From Microbacteriaceae bacterium (GTDB lineage: Bacteria > Actinomycetota > Actinomycetes > Actinomycetales > Microbacteriaceae): a DNA stretch of 64,000 nt. The position numbers were made by a program, and so were the translations under genes. Below are positions 1-10,871 of this stretch, one piece after another. Under the pieces are notes generated by a model. That model saw only the letters and a list, made by a program, of their open reading frames with translations, did not search any database and had not been told where the DNA came from. How positions within the stretch are numbered: the stretch's first letter is position 1; each line of letters begins with the position of its first letter. Location: positions 8,952 through 72,951 of the forward strand of contig JACMPQ010000003.1 in NCBI GenBank assembly GCA_014377425.1, given 5' to 3'.

Positions 1-70
1 GGCACGAATCGCCGCCACCGCTCGGGACAACCCGCTCGCCGGGGCACCGGAAGATCCCGCGATCGTTCAG

Positions 71-1249
71 TTGCGGCATGCGGCCGAGCTTTCTCAGTTG
101 CGGGCCGAGGAGGCCGGTATTCGCTCCGAGCTCACCGCCCACCTCGCCGGCATTCAGGCGACCGCCGCCGCCCTCACCAACCAGGTCACCGCCCAGCAGA
201 CCCAGCACCGCGAGTTGTTGGAGCGCCACGATGCCGAGCAACGGGTCGCCGCCGAACGCGAACGTACCGAGGGCAAAGTGCTGCAGGCCCTTACCCCGGT
301 ACAGGAATCGCTGCGCAGCATGCAGCTGAAGGTGACCGAGCTCGAAGCCCAGCGCAGCCTGCAGCACGGCGAGCTGAGCCAACAACTACGAAATTCGGTT
401 GAGTCAGAGGAGCGCCTGCGCACGACGGCAGAGTCGCTGGCGTCGGCGCTGCGCAATAACGCCACCCGTGGTGTCTGGGGAGAAACCCAATTGCGGCGCG
501 TGGTGGAAGCGGCGGGGCTAATCGAGCGGGTCGACTTTGACGTGCAATCCAGCATTTCCTCGGATGCCGGTGTCGGGCGCCCCGACATGATCGTCTACCT
601 CCCCGGGGGTAAGAGCATCGCCGTCGACGCCAAGGTGCCGTTCAACGCCTACATCGAGGCCAGCGCCATTCCGGCCGCCTCCTCCACCGCGGAACTTGCC
701 CGCCGGGATCAGCTGATGAAACAGCATGTCAAGGCCCTGCGGGACCACATCACCACCCTCGGCACCAAGGCTTACTGGCAGGGGCTCGACGCCAGCCCGG
801 AGCTCGTGATCGCATTCATCCCGACAGAGTCGCTCGTGTCGTCAGCAATAGAGGCAGACCCGTCGCTGATGGAATTTGCGTTCAGCCGGGGAGTGGCCTT
901 GGCGTCTCCGATCACCCTGTGGTCGACGCTCAAAACCGTGGCGGTCAGTTGGCAGCATCACGTCGTGACTCAGGAAGCTAAGCAGCTCTTTGACCTCAGC
1001 CGCGAGTTGTACGGTCGCCTGGCCGTACTCGCCTCCCACGTGGAGAAACTGGGGCGTTCTATCGAGGGTACGGTCAAGCACTACAACGCGTTTGTGGGCT
1101 CACTGGAGCGCCAGGTGCTGCCCTCGGCCCGCAAACTCAACATGCTTGACGAGACCAAGGTACTGCCGGTACTCGGCGAGATTGACGACATCCCGCGCGA
1201 ACTCACCGCGTGGGAGCTCACTACCGCTCTCGACGCCGAGCGCGCCTAG
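71..1249 (+). CDS. rmuC: DNA recombination protein RmuC; the 5' end probably lies upstream of the window
   Basis: 392 aa ORF. N-terminal coiled-coil region followed by an RmuC-type core (RPDMIVYLPGGKSIAVDAKVP, AFIPTESLVSSA). The frame stays open back to the window edge. Confidence 0.85.
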   Translation: MRHAAELSQLRAEEAGIRSELTAHLAGIQATAAALTNQVTAQQTQHRELLERHDAEQRVAAERERTEGKVLQALTPVQESLRSMQLKVTELEAQRSLQHGELSQQLRNSVESEERLRTTAESLASALRNNATRGVWGETQLRRVVEAAGLIERVDFDVQSSISSDAGVGRPDMIVYLPGGKSIAVDAKVPFNAYIEASAIPAASSTAELARRDQLMKQHVKALRDHITTLGTKAYWQGLDASPELVIAFIPTESLVSSAIEADPSLMEFAFSRGVALASPITLWSTLKTVAVSWQHHVVTQEAKQLFDLSRELYGRLAVLASHVEKLGRSIEGTVKHYNAFVGSLERQVLPSARKLNMLDETKVLPVLGEIDDIPRELTAWELTTALDAERA

Positions 1250-1271
1250 TAGCGAGCAGTGGGCGGCGCCG

Positions 1272-2288
1272 CTAGTCCGCGTCGAGCCCCGCGAGGTTCA
1301 GTTCGCCGAGCCATTTCTCGGCCAGGTGGTCGGCAATGACGCGGCGGATGGTGCCAGAGCGCCCACGCAAAACAATGCTTTCTGTGCGGATGATCGGACC
1401 GATGCGGCGAACACCCTCAACCAGGCCGCCATCGGTCACGCCGGTGGCCACAAAGTAGGTGTTGTCGCTACTGACGAGCTCGTCGGCCTCATACACGTAG
1501 TCAAAACGCAGTCCGGCATCGAGGCCCTTCTGCCGTTCCTCATCGGTCGACGGCACAAGCCGCCCCTGAATGAGCCCGCCCAGGGCCTTGATGGCGCAGG
1601 CGGCAGCAACACCCTCCGGGCTTCCACCGATACCGACACACATATCAATTCGGGTTTCGTGCATGGCGGCGTTAATTCCGCCGGCCACATCGCCGTCGAG
1701 CATCAACCGCGTTCCCGCGCCGGCGGCCCGGATGTCGTCAATGAGCTGGGCATGCCGCGGGCGATCCAGTACCGCCACCACCATCTCCTCGATGCGCTTG
1801 TTCTTCGCCTTCGCAAGCAACCGCAGATTCTCGCCGATCGGAAGACGGATGTCGACAACGCCGATGGCTTCGACGCCGGCGACAATCTTGTCCATGTAAA
1901 AGACGGTCGAGGCATCCAGCATGCTGCCGCGGTCAGAGACGGCGATCATCGAGATGGCGTTCTGCCGTCCGGCGGCGGTGAGTGAGGTGCCGTCGATGGG
2001 ATCAACCGCAATATCGCAGGCCGGGCCCCGCCCGTTGCCCACGTGCTCGCCGTTGTAGAGCATCGGCGCCTTGTCTTTTTCGCCCTCGCCGATCACCACA
2101 ACGCCGTCGAAGTTCACCGTGCCCAAAAATTTGCGCATCGCGTCAACGGCGGCTGCATCGGCGGCGTTCTTGTCCCCGCGACCGATGAAGGGCACCGCCC
2201 GAATTGCTGCTGCCTCGGTGGCTCGCACGAGCTCCATTGCGAGGTTGCGGTCCGGGTGCAAAAAGAGTGTCGCGCTTTCGGTGCTCAC
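1272..2288 (-). CDS. glpX: Class II fructose-1,6-bisphosphatase
   Basis: 338 aa with GlpX signatures GEGEKDKAPMLYNGE, AVDPIDGT and GIGGSPEGV. Confidence 0.95.
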   Translation of the reverse strand: MSTESATLFLHPDRNLAMELVRATEAAAIRAVPFIGRGDKNAADAAAVDAMRKFLGTVNFDGVVVIGEGEKDKAPMLYNGEHVGNGRGPACDIAVDPIDGTSLTAAGRQNAISMIAVSDRGSMLDASTVFYMDKIVAGVEAIGVVDIRLPIGENLRLLAKAKNKRIEEMVVAVLDRPRHAQLIDDIRAAGAGTRLMLDGDVAGGINAAMHETRIDMCVGIGGSPEGVAAACAIKALGGLIQGRLVPSTDEERQKGLDAGLRFDYVYEADELVSSDNTYFVATGVTDGGLVEGVRRIGPIIRTESIVLRGRSGTIRRVIADHLAEKWLGELNLAGLDAD

Positions 2289-2494
2289 GGTTGAGTCCTC
2301 ATTCTGATCAACCGCAGGTGGGGGCAGGGTCGCGAACCAGTCGCAATGTCGGTTTGCCGTGCGGGAGCGGCGGTAACCGCGCTCAGCCTACCGATAGCTC
2401 TCTCTTTGCGCCCCCTCCAAACAGTCCTCGAGCCGAATATCCGACCGCTGGCTATGCTTTACCCGCAACGTTCCCGCCCGTAAGAGGAGATTTC

Positions 2495-3523
<1,029 letters not shown>

Positions 3524-3532
3524 TGAAAAGCT

Positions 3533-3566
3533 CTCGGGTCCGCCGTCACTGTACGGCGGGCCCGAG
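3533..3566. terminator. Long GC hairpin between convergent fbaA and a membrane-protein gene; putative bidirectional terminator
   Basis: ctcgggtccgccgt ... acggcgggcccgag forms a ~14 bp stem with one wobble, immediately after the fbaA stop. Confidence 0.5.
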
Positions 3567-3578
3567 ACGGCTTGCGGG

Positions 3579-4349
3579 CTAAACTCCGGAAACCGCCCCG
3601 ACAAAGCCCGGGCTGTTCGCTAAAATCGTCGTGAGCAGGATCGCTGAGGCCATTGCGGCCACCGCTCCGCCGATCAGGGGCACAAAGAAACTCAATTTGC
3701 GCTGTCGAAGTCGCCGTACCGACAGCAGCAGGGTTCCCAGGTAGAGCGTGATGTTGATTACGTTGATGCCCAGACCCACGGCGGCCTCCCGGCCCGTGGG
3801 GCTGAATGTGCCGGCACCGAAAACCGGATACAGCGTTGCCATCCGGTTGAGGAAGCCGGTGATGTCGCTGTACTGCGACACCTGACTTGCCACGTTTAGT
3901 GCTCCGTAGGCCAGCAAGGCGATCGTGAGAACGAGATCCCAGCGCTTTTGCGGGCGGCTCTGAATCGCTGCGGCGGAATCCTTTGACGCCCACCACGAGC
4001 CCTCGCTTGACTTTACTAGGGCGCGGTCGGACGTCGCACGGTCGGACGTCGCACGGTCGGACGTCGCACGGTCGGACGTCGCACGGTCGGACGTCGACGT
4101 CGCGCCGTTCGGCGTGACCGCTCCCGCGGTGTGCGGCGAAACTGGCACTGACCCCGGTGCCGATCTCGATCCATGCGCTGATTCCGTGCCTACCGCACCG
4201 CTCGCTACCGTCCCGTGCGCGGTCGCCGCAGTATCCGTGCGAGCGGCTAACAGCGGCGACACCGGCGGCATCGAATCGGCCACGGCCTCGGCCTGCGTTT
4301 GAGGCGTGGCATATTCGCCGTAGCGGGGTTTGGGTCGTTCTTCGGTCAT
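3579..4349 (-). CDS. Hypothetical membrane protein with an (ATSDR)x5 repeat
   Basis: C-terminal half holds about 3-4 hydrophobic helices. The N-terminus [16 protein letters not shown] is typical of actinobacterial membrane proteins of unknown function. The ATG at 4349 overlaps the ispH stop (TGATG). The alternative TTG start is at 4361. Confidence 0.7.
   Translation of the reverse strand: MTEERPKPRYGEYATPQTQAEAVADSMPPVSPLLAARTDTAATAHGTVASGAVGTESAHGSRSAPGSVPVSPHTAGAVTPNGATSTSDRATSDRATSDRATSDRATSDRALVKSSEGSWWASKDSAAAIQSRPQKRWDLVLTIALLAYGALNVASQVSQYSDITGFLNRMATLYPVFGAGTFSPTGREAAVGLGINVINITLYLGTLLLSVRRLRQRKLSFFVPLIGGAVAAMASAILLTTILANSPGFVGAVSGV
4021..4095. repeat. Perfect 15-bp tandem repeat x5 (gcRcggtcggacgtc), in frame
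   Basis: Read directly from the sequence. Encodes ATSDR x5 in the 3579..4349 protein. Confidence 0.95.
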
Positions 4350-5503
4350 CAGAGTTGCCAATCCAGTTTGCGGGTGCGGCCACCCAGACCGCGGGAGTCG
4401 GGAAGACCGGCGGCATCCGTTCGCAGCTCTTTGGGCAGCGAGAACATCAGGTCTTCTTCGGCAGTCACCACTTGGCTAATATCGCCGTAGCCCGCGTCGG
4501 CGAGGTCATCAAGAACCTCTCGCACCAAAATTTCGGGAACGGATGCCCCCGAGGTCACGCCAATCGTGTTGACCCCGTCAAGCCACTCCTGGCGAATTTC
4601 GCTCGCGTAATCCACCCGATACGCCGCCCGAGCTCCGTGTTCAAGTGCCACGTCGACAAGTCGCACGGTGTTGGAGCTGTTGGCCGAACCGACCACGATT
4701 ACGAGCTCGGCGGATTCCGCCACTTTTTTGATGGCCACCTGACGGTTTTGGGTCGCGTAGCAAATGTCGTCACTCGGCGGATTGTGAAGGTTGGGGAAGC
4801 GCTCCCGCAGCAGCCGCACGGTTTCCATCGTTTCGTCGACGCTCAGCGTGGTTTGACTGAGCCACACGAGGTTGTCGGGGTCGGCCACCACGAGGCCCGC
4901 GACATCTTCCGGTCCGTTTATGAGGGTGGTCTTCTCCGGCGCTTGACCCATCGTTCCCTCAACCTCCTCGTGCCCGGCGTGGCCAATCAGTAAGATATCG
5001 AAGCCGTCGCGGGCAAATCGCACCGCCTCCCGGTGCACCTTGGTTACCAGGGGGCAGGTGGCGTCAATGGCCTCGAGGCTGCGTTCGGTGGCTTCAGCAA
5101 CCACCATCGGGCTCACTCCGTGCGCCGAAAAAACGATGTGCGCCCCGATTGGCACCTCAGCGACTTCGTCGACGAAAACTGCGCCCTGCCGCTCAAGCGT
5201 CGCCACCACGTAAATGTTGTGAACAATTTGTTTGCGCACGTAGACCGGCGCTCCGAAACGTTCCAGTGCCTTCTCGACCGCAATCACCGCACGGTCAACC
5301 CCTGCACAGTAACCGCGCGGGGCCGCGAGGATCACCCGCTTCGCTCCGATGACGGGGGTGTCGGTTAACCTGTTTCGAACGGCGGGAAGCCGAGGAAGCC
5401 CGACGTCAACCGCCGCGGAGGGGGCGCCAATGAGGGCACCATTAGTGATATTGCTCACGGGTGAATTGTACTCGGGGGCCACTGCGCACGAAGTGAAAGG
5501 CAC
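4349..5503 (-). CDS. ispH: 4-hydroxy-3-methylbut-2-enyl diphosphate reductase; start uncertain
   Basis: [44 protein letters not shown]. The GTG at 5503 is only 3 nt from the divergent xseA ATG, so the true start may lie further in. Confidence 0.9.
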   Translation of the reverse strand: MPFTSCAVAPEYNSPVSNITNGALIGAPSAAVDVGLPRLPAVRNRLTDTPVIGAKRVILAAPRGYCAGVDRAVIAVEKALERFGAPVYVRKQIVHNIYVVATLERQGAVFVDEVAEVPIGAHIVFSAHGVSPMVVAEATERSLEAIDATCPLVTKVHREAVRFARDGFDILLIGHAGHEEVEGTMGQAPEKTTLINGPEDVAGLVVADPDNLVWLSQTTLSVDETMETVRLLRERFPNLHNPPSDDICYATQNRQVAIKKVAESAELVIVVGSANSSNTVRLVDVALEHGARAAYRVDYASEIRQEWLDGVNTIGVTSGASVPEILVREVLDDLADAGYGDISQVVTAEEDLMFSLPKELRTDAAGLPDSRGLGGRTRKLDWQL

Positions 5504-5506
5504 CGC

Positions 5507-6760
5507 ATGACGATCGTTGACAGTCCCTCCACCATCGAATCTCCGTGGACGGTCGCGATCTTCGCCCAGCGCATCAAGGGCTATGTTGACCGATTGGGCA
5601 CCACCTGGGTAGAGGGCGAAATCACCCAGTGGAGCGACCGCGGCTCCACCATCTACGGAAAAATCAAAGATTTAGACTCCGAAGTCACCATGAGCTTCAC
5701 CGTCTGGGCGTCGGTGAAAAATCGGATGACGGCACGCTTTGCCGCCGGCGACCGGGTGCTGGTGCACTCCAAACTGGATTTCTGGGCCAAGGGCGGCACC
5801 CTCTCGATGATCGTGCAGGACATGCGCCATGTCGGCATCGGGGAGATGCTGGAGCGGCTGGAACGGCTCCGGATGACCCTGCGCACCGAGGGTCTGTTCG
5901 ACCTTGATCGCAAACGCGCCCTCCCGTTCTTACCAAATTGCATTGGGCTGATCACCGGCAAAGATTCGGATGCCGAAAAAGATGTTCTTCGCAACGCCCA
6001 ATTGCGCTGGCCGTCGGTGACTTTCCGGGTACGCCACACCACGGTGCAGGGTGATCGCGCCGCCGGGGAGGTAACTGCGGCACTTATTGCCCTCGACAGG
6101 GATCCCGAAGTCGACGTGATCATCGTCGCTCGCGGGGGCGGCGACTTTCAGAACCTCCTCACCTTCAGCGACGAGACCCTCGTGCGTACGGCCGCAGCCT
6201 GCACAACACCGATTGTCAGCGCGATCGGTCATGAGGCCGACCGGCCCCTCCTCGACGACGTGGCCGACCTGAGGGCGTCAACCCCCACCGACGCGGCCAA
6301 GCGGGTGGTGCCGGATGTCGCCGAGGAGTTCAACAAGGTGCAGCAGGTGCGTTCGCGGCTGCGGCTGCGAATGACGAACGCGGTCTCTCGGGAGATCGAC
6401 CGCGTCGAGCAAATCCGCAGCCGGCCCGTGCTTTATCAATCGAGTTGGATCACCGATTCTCGAGCCGACGAACTCGCCCGCCTCATCCATCGCAGCACCG
6501 AATTGCTGTCTCGTCGGCTGGTTCGTGCTGGGGAGCAGGTTGGCGAGCTGCGGGGTCAGTTACGCGCCCTCTCGCCGCAGCGCACCCTGGATCGCGGGTA
6601 TGCGATTGCCCACCGCGAGGATGGTGCAATCGTGCGCACTTCCGCGGATGTGGCGGCGGGCGCGGTGCTTCTCCTCACCCTCGCCGACGGAAAACTTTCC
6701 ACCACCGTGAACCCTCGCCCGATCACCGACACCGCCTCGGTAGACTCCGATCGTGGTTGA
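5507..6760 (+). CDS. xseA: Exodeoxyribonuclease VII large subunit
   Basis: 417 aa with an OB-fold N-terminus (WVEGEITQW) and [19 protein letters not shown]. It is followed by xseB. Confidence 0.93.
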   Translation: MTIVDSPSTIESPWTVAIFAQRIKGYVDRLGTTWVEGEITQWSDRGSTIYGKIKDLDSEVTMSFTVWASVKNRMTARFAAGDRVLVHSKLDFWAKGGTLSMIVQDMRHVGIGEMLERLERLRMTLRTEGLFDLDRKRALPFLPNCIGLITGKDSDAEKDVLRNAQLRWPSVTFRVRHTTVQGDRAAGEVTAALIALDRDPEVDVIIVARGGGDFQNLLTFSDETLVRTAAACTTPIVSAIGHEADRPLLDDVADLRASTPTDAAKRVVPDVAEEFNKVQQVRSRLRLRMTNAVSREIDRVEQIRSRPVLYQSSWITDSRADELARLIHRSTELLSRRLVRAGEQVGELRGQLRALSPQRTLDRGYAIAHREDGAIVRTSADVAAGAVLLLTLADGKLSTTVNPRPITDTASVDSDRG

Positions 6761-6968
6761 AAACATGATTTCCCCGGTCGCTGAGCTGAGTTACGAGCAA
6801 GCACGTGACGAGCTCATCAGCGTCGTCACCGAGTTGGAGCAGGGCTCCGCAACGCTCGAGCAGTCGCTGGCCCTATGGGAGCGCGGCGAGGCTCTCGCCA
6901 AACGGTGCGAGGAATGGCTCATCGGCGCGAAGGCCCGGCTCGACGCGGCGCGCGCGGCCGCCGAGTAA
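6753..6968 (+). CDS. xseB: Exodeoxyribonuclease VII small subunit
   Basis: 71 aa with [20 protein letters not shown] and [22 protein letters not shown]. An alternative ATG start is at 6765. Confidence 0.9.
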   Translation: MVENMISPVAELSYEQARDELISVVTELEQGSATLEQSLALWERGEALAKRCEEWLIGAKARLDAARAAAE

Positions 6969-6971
6969 CCC

Positions 6972-7667
6972 GTGGACAAAGCTCCGCGCATCGTCGCAGA
7001 ACTCGGGCGCCCCGAAACTCCCGCCGAGACGGCGGCACGACGTGCCGAAAATACGCGAAAACATCGCGCCAATCAAACCGTTCGTAACCTCGTACTCGCC
7101 CTCGCTTCGTCGCTCGGAATCGTCGCCCTGTTGGTGCTCGTGGTGGTTCGACCCGAGCAAGCTCCGCTGGCTCGGGTGAACTGGGCGACCGTGGCCGCGC
7201 AATATCAGTCTCAGATTGCCGAACCGCTGGCGACTCCGATCTTGCCCCCGGGGTGGACCGCCAATAGCGCTACCCTACAAACGATCGCGCCCGGCGAGGC
7301 AAATTGGCGGATCGGGTTCATTACCCCCACCCAGCAATACGTCGAATTGGTGCAGGGCATCGGCTCTTCCAATGGCTGGTTTGTGGATCAACTGGGTCGG
7401 GCGAAACCCACGTCTGCCACCACAATCGACGGCGTTGCCTGGCAGGTGTATGACCGCCGTGAGGCCCAAGATCCCGGTAATTATGCGTACTCTCTGGGCA
7501 CTAGCGTGGAGATGTCTCGGTATTTGCTGCACGGTACCGCGCCCAATGCGGAGGTCGCAACCCTCGCTGCCGCAGTTGCGGCAGGGATTGCCGCCGCCCC
7601 CGCGAAAACTTCTCCCGTTACGCCCTCTGCAGCGCCGAGCCCGTCCGCCACGATCAAAAGCGAGTAA
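6972..7667 (+). CDS. DUF4245-like membrane-anchored protein
   Basis: 231 aa with a basic N-terminus, one TM helix and then a soluble domain. It holds the conserved position after xseB seen in Actinomycetota. Confidence 0.7.
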   Translation: MDKAPRIVAELGRPETPAETAARRAENTRKHRANQTVRNLVLALASSLGIVALLVLVVVRPEQAPLARVNWATVAAQYQSQIAEPLATPILPPGWTANSATLQTIAPGEANWRIGFITPTQQYVELVQGIGSSNGWFVDQLGRAKPTSATTIDGVAWQVYDRREAQDPGNYAYSLGTSVEMSRYLLHGTAPNAEVATLAAAVAAGIAAAPAKTSPVTPSAAPSPSATIKSE

Positions 7668-7670
7668 CGC

Positions 7671-8321
7671 ATGCGCTCAGAGTTGACCACCCCGTCCAGT
7701 GCCTGGGCATCGATGGTGCAGGGAAATGAGCGATTTATGGCGGGAAAACCACGCCACGATCGCCAAGACGCCGAACGTCGAACTGAGACCGCCCTCGGGC
7801 AGGAACCCCTCGCCGCCCTCTTTGGATGCAGTGATTCTCGACTCGCCGCTGAAATCATTTTCGACCTCGGTTTGGGCGACCTGTTTGTTGTGCGCAACGC
7901 CGGCCAGATCATCTCCGAAAGCGTTCTCGGTTCACTCGAATACGCAGTGGCGGTGCTGAAAGTTCCGCTCATTGTGGTGCTCGGTCACGACAAATGCGGC
8001 GCAGTTCTTGCCGCAATCGATTCGCAATCTGCGGATGCCGCGGCGCTCCCGCCGCACATTGCCCGGTTGATCGCCAAAATTGTGCCCGCGGTACGCCGCG
8101 TAGGCGGCTCAGCAACCGGCACCATCGAGCGAGACTCGGTAGACAGTCTGGAGGTGGGCCGCGAACACCTCTCCGACACGATCAGCGAACTGCTGGCGGC
8201 ATCCGAACTCATCAGCGATGCCATTGCCGCTGGCAGCTTGGCGATCGTCGGGGCCTCCTACCGCCTGCTCGAGGGCCGCGCAACAGCAGACATCGTGCTG
8301 GGTTCGATAGAGCACGGCTGA
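7671..8321 (+). CDS. Beta-class carbonic anhydrase
   Basis: Zinc ligand motifs CSDSR and GHDKCGAV, plus VVRNAGQI. Confidence 0.9.
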   Translation: MRSELTTPSSAWASMVQGNERFMAGKPRHDRQDAERRTETALGQEPLAALFGCSDSRLAAEIIFDLGLGDLFVVRNAGQIISESVLGSLEYAVAVLKVPLIVVLGHDKCGAVLAAIDSQSADAAALPPHIARLIAKIVPAVRRVGGSATGTIERDSVDSLEVGREHLSDTISELLAASELISDAIAAGSLAIVGASYRLLEGRATADIVLGSIEHG

Positions 8322-8352
8322 GCCAGCCGCACTCAGCATCCGAATCCTCGAT

Positions 8353-8438
8353 CACACCCCTGACTACTACCCACCACACCCCCGATTACTCCCCACCACA
8401 CCCCGATTACTAGAGGACAGCACACCGCCGTGACTAAC
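8353..8438 (+). promoter_or_regulatory. Four phased direct repeats CACACC(C/G)C..GA(C/T)TAC, period ~22 bp, running into the fumC start codon
   Basis: Copies start at 8353, 8375, 8397 and 8421. Read directly from the sequence. Confidence 0.6.
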
Positions 8439-9836
8439 GTTCAAGAGTTCCGCATCGAGCACGACACCATGGGCGAGGTACGGGTGCCAATCGCCGCGCT
8501 TTACGGCGCCCAAACCCAACGTGCCGTCGAAAACTTCCCGATCTCCGGCGCGGGGCTGGAATCCGCACAGATCGTGGCGCTGGCGCGGATCAAGCGAGCC
8601 GCGGCGCTGGTAAATAAAGAGCTTGGTATTCTCGACGCCGGGATCGCGGATGCCATCGCCGACTCCGCTAACACGCTGATCGCCGGTGAACACCACGCGG
8701 AATTTCCGGTCGACACCTACCAGACCGGTAGCGGCACCTCCTCGAACATGAACATGAACGAGGTTTTGGCCAACCTCGCAACCCAACGACTCGGGACGGC
8801 GGTTCACCCCAACGACCAAGTCAACGCGTCACAATCATCAAACGACGTCTTCCCCACCTCGGTGCACGTGGCCGTGACCGGGGCTCTGCTGCGCGACCTG
8901 ATTCCGGCGCTGGAACACCTCGCTGCGGCGCTCGACACCAAAGCCGCACTGTGGGTCACCGCAGTCAAGGCAGGACGCACCCACCTCATGGATGCCACCC
9001 CGGTGACCCTCGGTCAGGAGTTCGCCGGTTACGCACGCCAGATCCGCCTCGGTATTCAGCGCGTGCAGTCCACCATCGTGCGAGTCGCCGAAGTGCCCCT
9101 GGGCGGCACCGCTGTCGGTACCGGCATCAACACCCCGGCCGGTTTCTCACAAAAAGTGATTGCCGAGCTGGCCGCCGATAGCGGTCTGCCGATCACCGAA
9201 GCGGTCGACCATTTCGAGGCGCAGGGGGCGCGGGATGCCCTCGTCGAGGCATCCGGGGCGCTTCGGGTCATCGCGGTCAGCCTCACCAAGATTTGCAATG
9301 ACCTGCGCTGGATGGGGTCCGGCCCGAACACCGGGCTCGGTGAGTTGCAGATCCCTGACCTGCAGCCCGGATCCTCCATCATGCCGGGCAAGGTGAATCC
9401 GGTGATTCCGGAGGCCGTGCTGATGGTCGCGGCACGCGTGATCGGCAACGACGCGACGATCGCCTGGGCCGGGGCATCCGGCTCCTTTGAGCTAAACGTA
9501 GCTATCCCCGTGATGGGAACGGCCCTCTTGGAGTCGATCCGGCTGCTCAGTAACTCCATGCGCGCCCTCGCGGATAAAACCATTGTTGGGCTGGAGGCGA
9601 ACCTCGACCGTGCGCGGGCGTTGGCGGAGTCCTCCCCGGCTATCGTTACTCCGCTCAACCGCGTGATCGGCTATGAGGCGGCCGCGAAGGTTGCCAAGAA
9701 TGCCGTCACCAAGGGTCTCACAGTGCGCGAATCGGTGATCGAACTCGGATTTGTGGAGCGCGGCGAAGTGACACTTGAGCTACTCGACACCGCCTTGGAT
9801 GTGCTGTCTATGACCCGGCCGCCGCGCGCGAACTAG
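8430..9836 (+). CDS. fumC: Class II fumarate hydratase
   Basis: 468 aa with [25 protein letters not shown] and QSSNDVFPT. Confidence 0.97.
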   Translation: MTNVQEFRIEHDTMGEVRVPIAALYGAQTQRAVENFPISGAGLESAQIVALARIKRAAALVNKELGILDAGIADAIADSANTLIAGEHHAEFPVDTYQTGSGTSSNMNMNEVLANLATQRLGTAVHPNDQVNASQSSNDVFPTSVHVAVTGALLRDLIPALEHLAAALDTKAALWVTAVKAGRTHLMDATPVTLGQEFAGYARQIRLGIQRVQSTIVRVAEVPLGGTAVGTGINTPAGFSQKVIAELAADSGLPITEAVDHFEAQGARDALVEASGALRVIAVSLTKICNDLRWMGSGPNTGLGELQIPDLQPGSSIMPGKVNPVIPEAVLMVAARVIGNDATIAWAGASGSFELNVAIPVMGTALLESIRLLSNSMRALADKTIVGLEANLDRARALAESSPAIVTPLNRVIGYEAAAKVAKNAVTKGLTVRESVIELGFVERGEVTLELLDTALDVLSMTRPPRAN

Positions 9837-9857
9837 CAATCCGACCAGAGATTGGGG

Positions 9858-9888
9858 GCGTTGCCGACGATCAGCGCGCCGGCAACGC
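9858..9888. terminator. Perfect 9-bp stem hairpin (gcgttgccg/cggcaacgc) after fumC
   Basis: Inverted repeat read directly from the sequence. The loop contains the stop codon of the convergent 9871..10704 gene. Confidence 0.4.
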
Positions 9889-10704
9889 AACTGCGGGGAT
9901 GGCTTTTTCGTCGAGCGACTTCACCGCGCGGCCATTCAATCCCCCCGGCAGATCAACGGGAATCAGAAATGCCCGCGTGCGCGCGAGCGGCGGGTGCAAT
10001 TCGCAGTCGCCGGGTTGGGCGGCAGGAGCCCCGTCGCCGGTGTTGGGCCGACCAAAAAACACTCCGATGCTGACAACGTCGGCGAGGGTGCGCACGATAA
10101 CCTGCCGAGGAATACAGCGGCTGTCTCCGCGCACCTGCACGACGAGCGATGCCGTCGCCAATGCGGTGGAATCGGGGCGAGGCGCCACCCCCAAGAATCC
10201 GGGGAGAGCCACGACGCCGGCGCTGCGAAGAGCGGGAGCGGCGAATAGGTAGCTCGGAAATCGACGCGCACTGTCCACTATCTGAAAGCCGGTGATAGCT
10301 CGCTGCACCAACCCCGGCGTCGGAATCTGTGCCGCCGTGAAGACGCGGTCCACCAGCACCGGGCGCGGCTGTCCCCAGACCACCTCGAGACTGTTTCGGG
10401 CCGGGGTAGCGGGTGGTTCCCGAAAGCGAATCGACCCGACAACGGGAGCCAGCGCCGCGACGAGCATTGTAAGAATGCCAGCGAGGGAGACGAGACGCAC
10501 AAAAAAATAGGCAGTCTGACCGGGTTCGCTCCCGCGCGGATTGTCGCGGGTCCAGCTGATCAGGCAATGCCATTGGTGTCGCGGTGCCAGTGCACCCCAC
10601 AAAAAAAGTGCACCCAGCGACACCAGCACTAGGGCGACACCCACTTCATCCCCCTCGTGCGAGCAATTTCGGCTCGTCGTGACCGCTCCCGATGAACTCA
10701 CCAT
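9871..10704 (-). CDS. Hypothetical membrane protein (2 N-terminal TM helices plus an extracytoplasmic domain)
   Basis: 277 aa ORF with an ATG start and hydrophobic segments VALVLVSLGALFLWGAL and LVSLAGILTMLVAALAPVV. I recognise no family. Confidence 0.6.
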   Translation of the reverse strand: MVSSSGAVTTSRNCSHEGDEVGVALVLVSLGALFLWGALAPRHQWHCLISWTRDNPRGSEPGQTAYFFVRLVSLAGILTMLVAALAPVVGSIRFREPPATPARNSLEVVWGQPRPVLVDRVFTAAQIPTPGLVQRAITGFQIVDSARRFPSYLFAAPALRSAGVVALPGFLGVAPRPDSTALATASLVVQVRGDSRCIPRQVIVRTLADVVSIGVFFGRPNTGDGAPAAQPGDCELHPPLARTRAFLIPVDLPGGLNGRAVKSLDEKAIPAVALPAR

Positions 10705-10738
10705 GACTTCGAAATATTGAGTTTACGTGTCGCAACTC

Positions 10739-10750
10739 GGGGGGGGGGGG
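10739..10750. repeat. G12 homopolymer (C12 on the minus strand), 35-46 nt upstream of the 10704 ATG
   Basis: Counted directly: g at 10739-10750, flanked by c and t. Confidence 0.95.
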
Positions 10751-10871
10751 TTGCCGCTGATGCCGCCAGCACCACCCGCACCGCCCCTGCGCCGCCATTT
10801 CCAATTTTCGCGAAGTCTCTGGGAGCCCCGGCAACCTTCTTGCGGGGTGTGCGCGCGGGCTCCCACGAAGC

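Noticed and set aside
2204-2494. N-terminal 97-aa extension of the fbaA ORF.
   Set aside because: It overlaps the glpX 5' end and promoter region and is Pro/Arg/Gly-rich. A strong RBS-ATG at 2495 matches the canonical aldolase N-terminus (MPIATPDQY).
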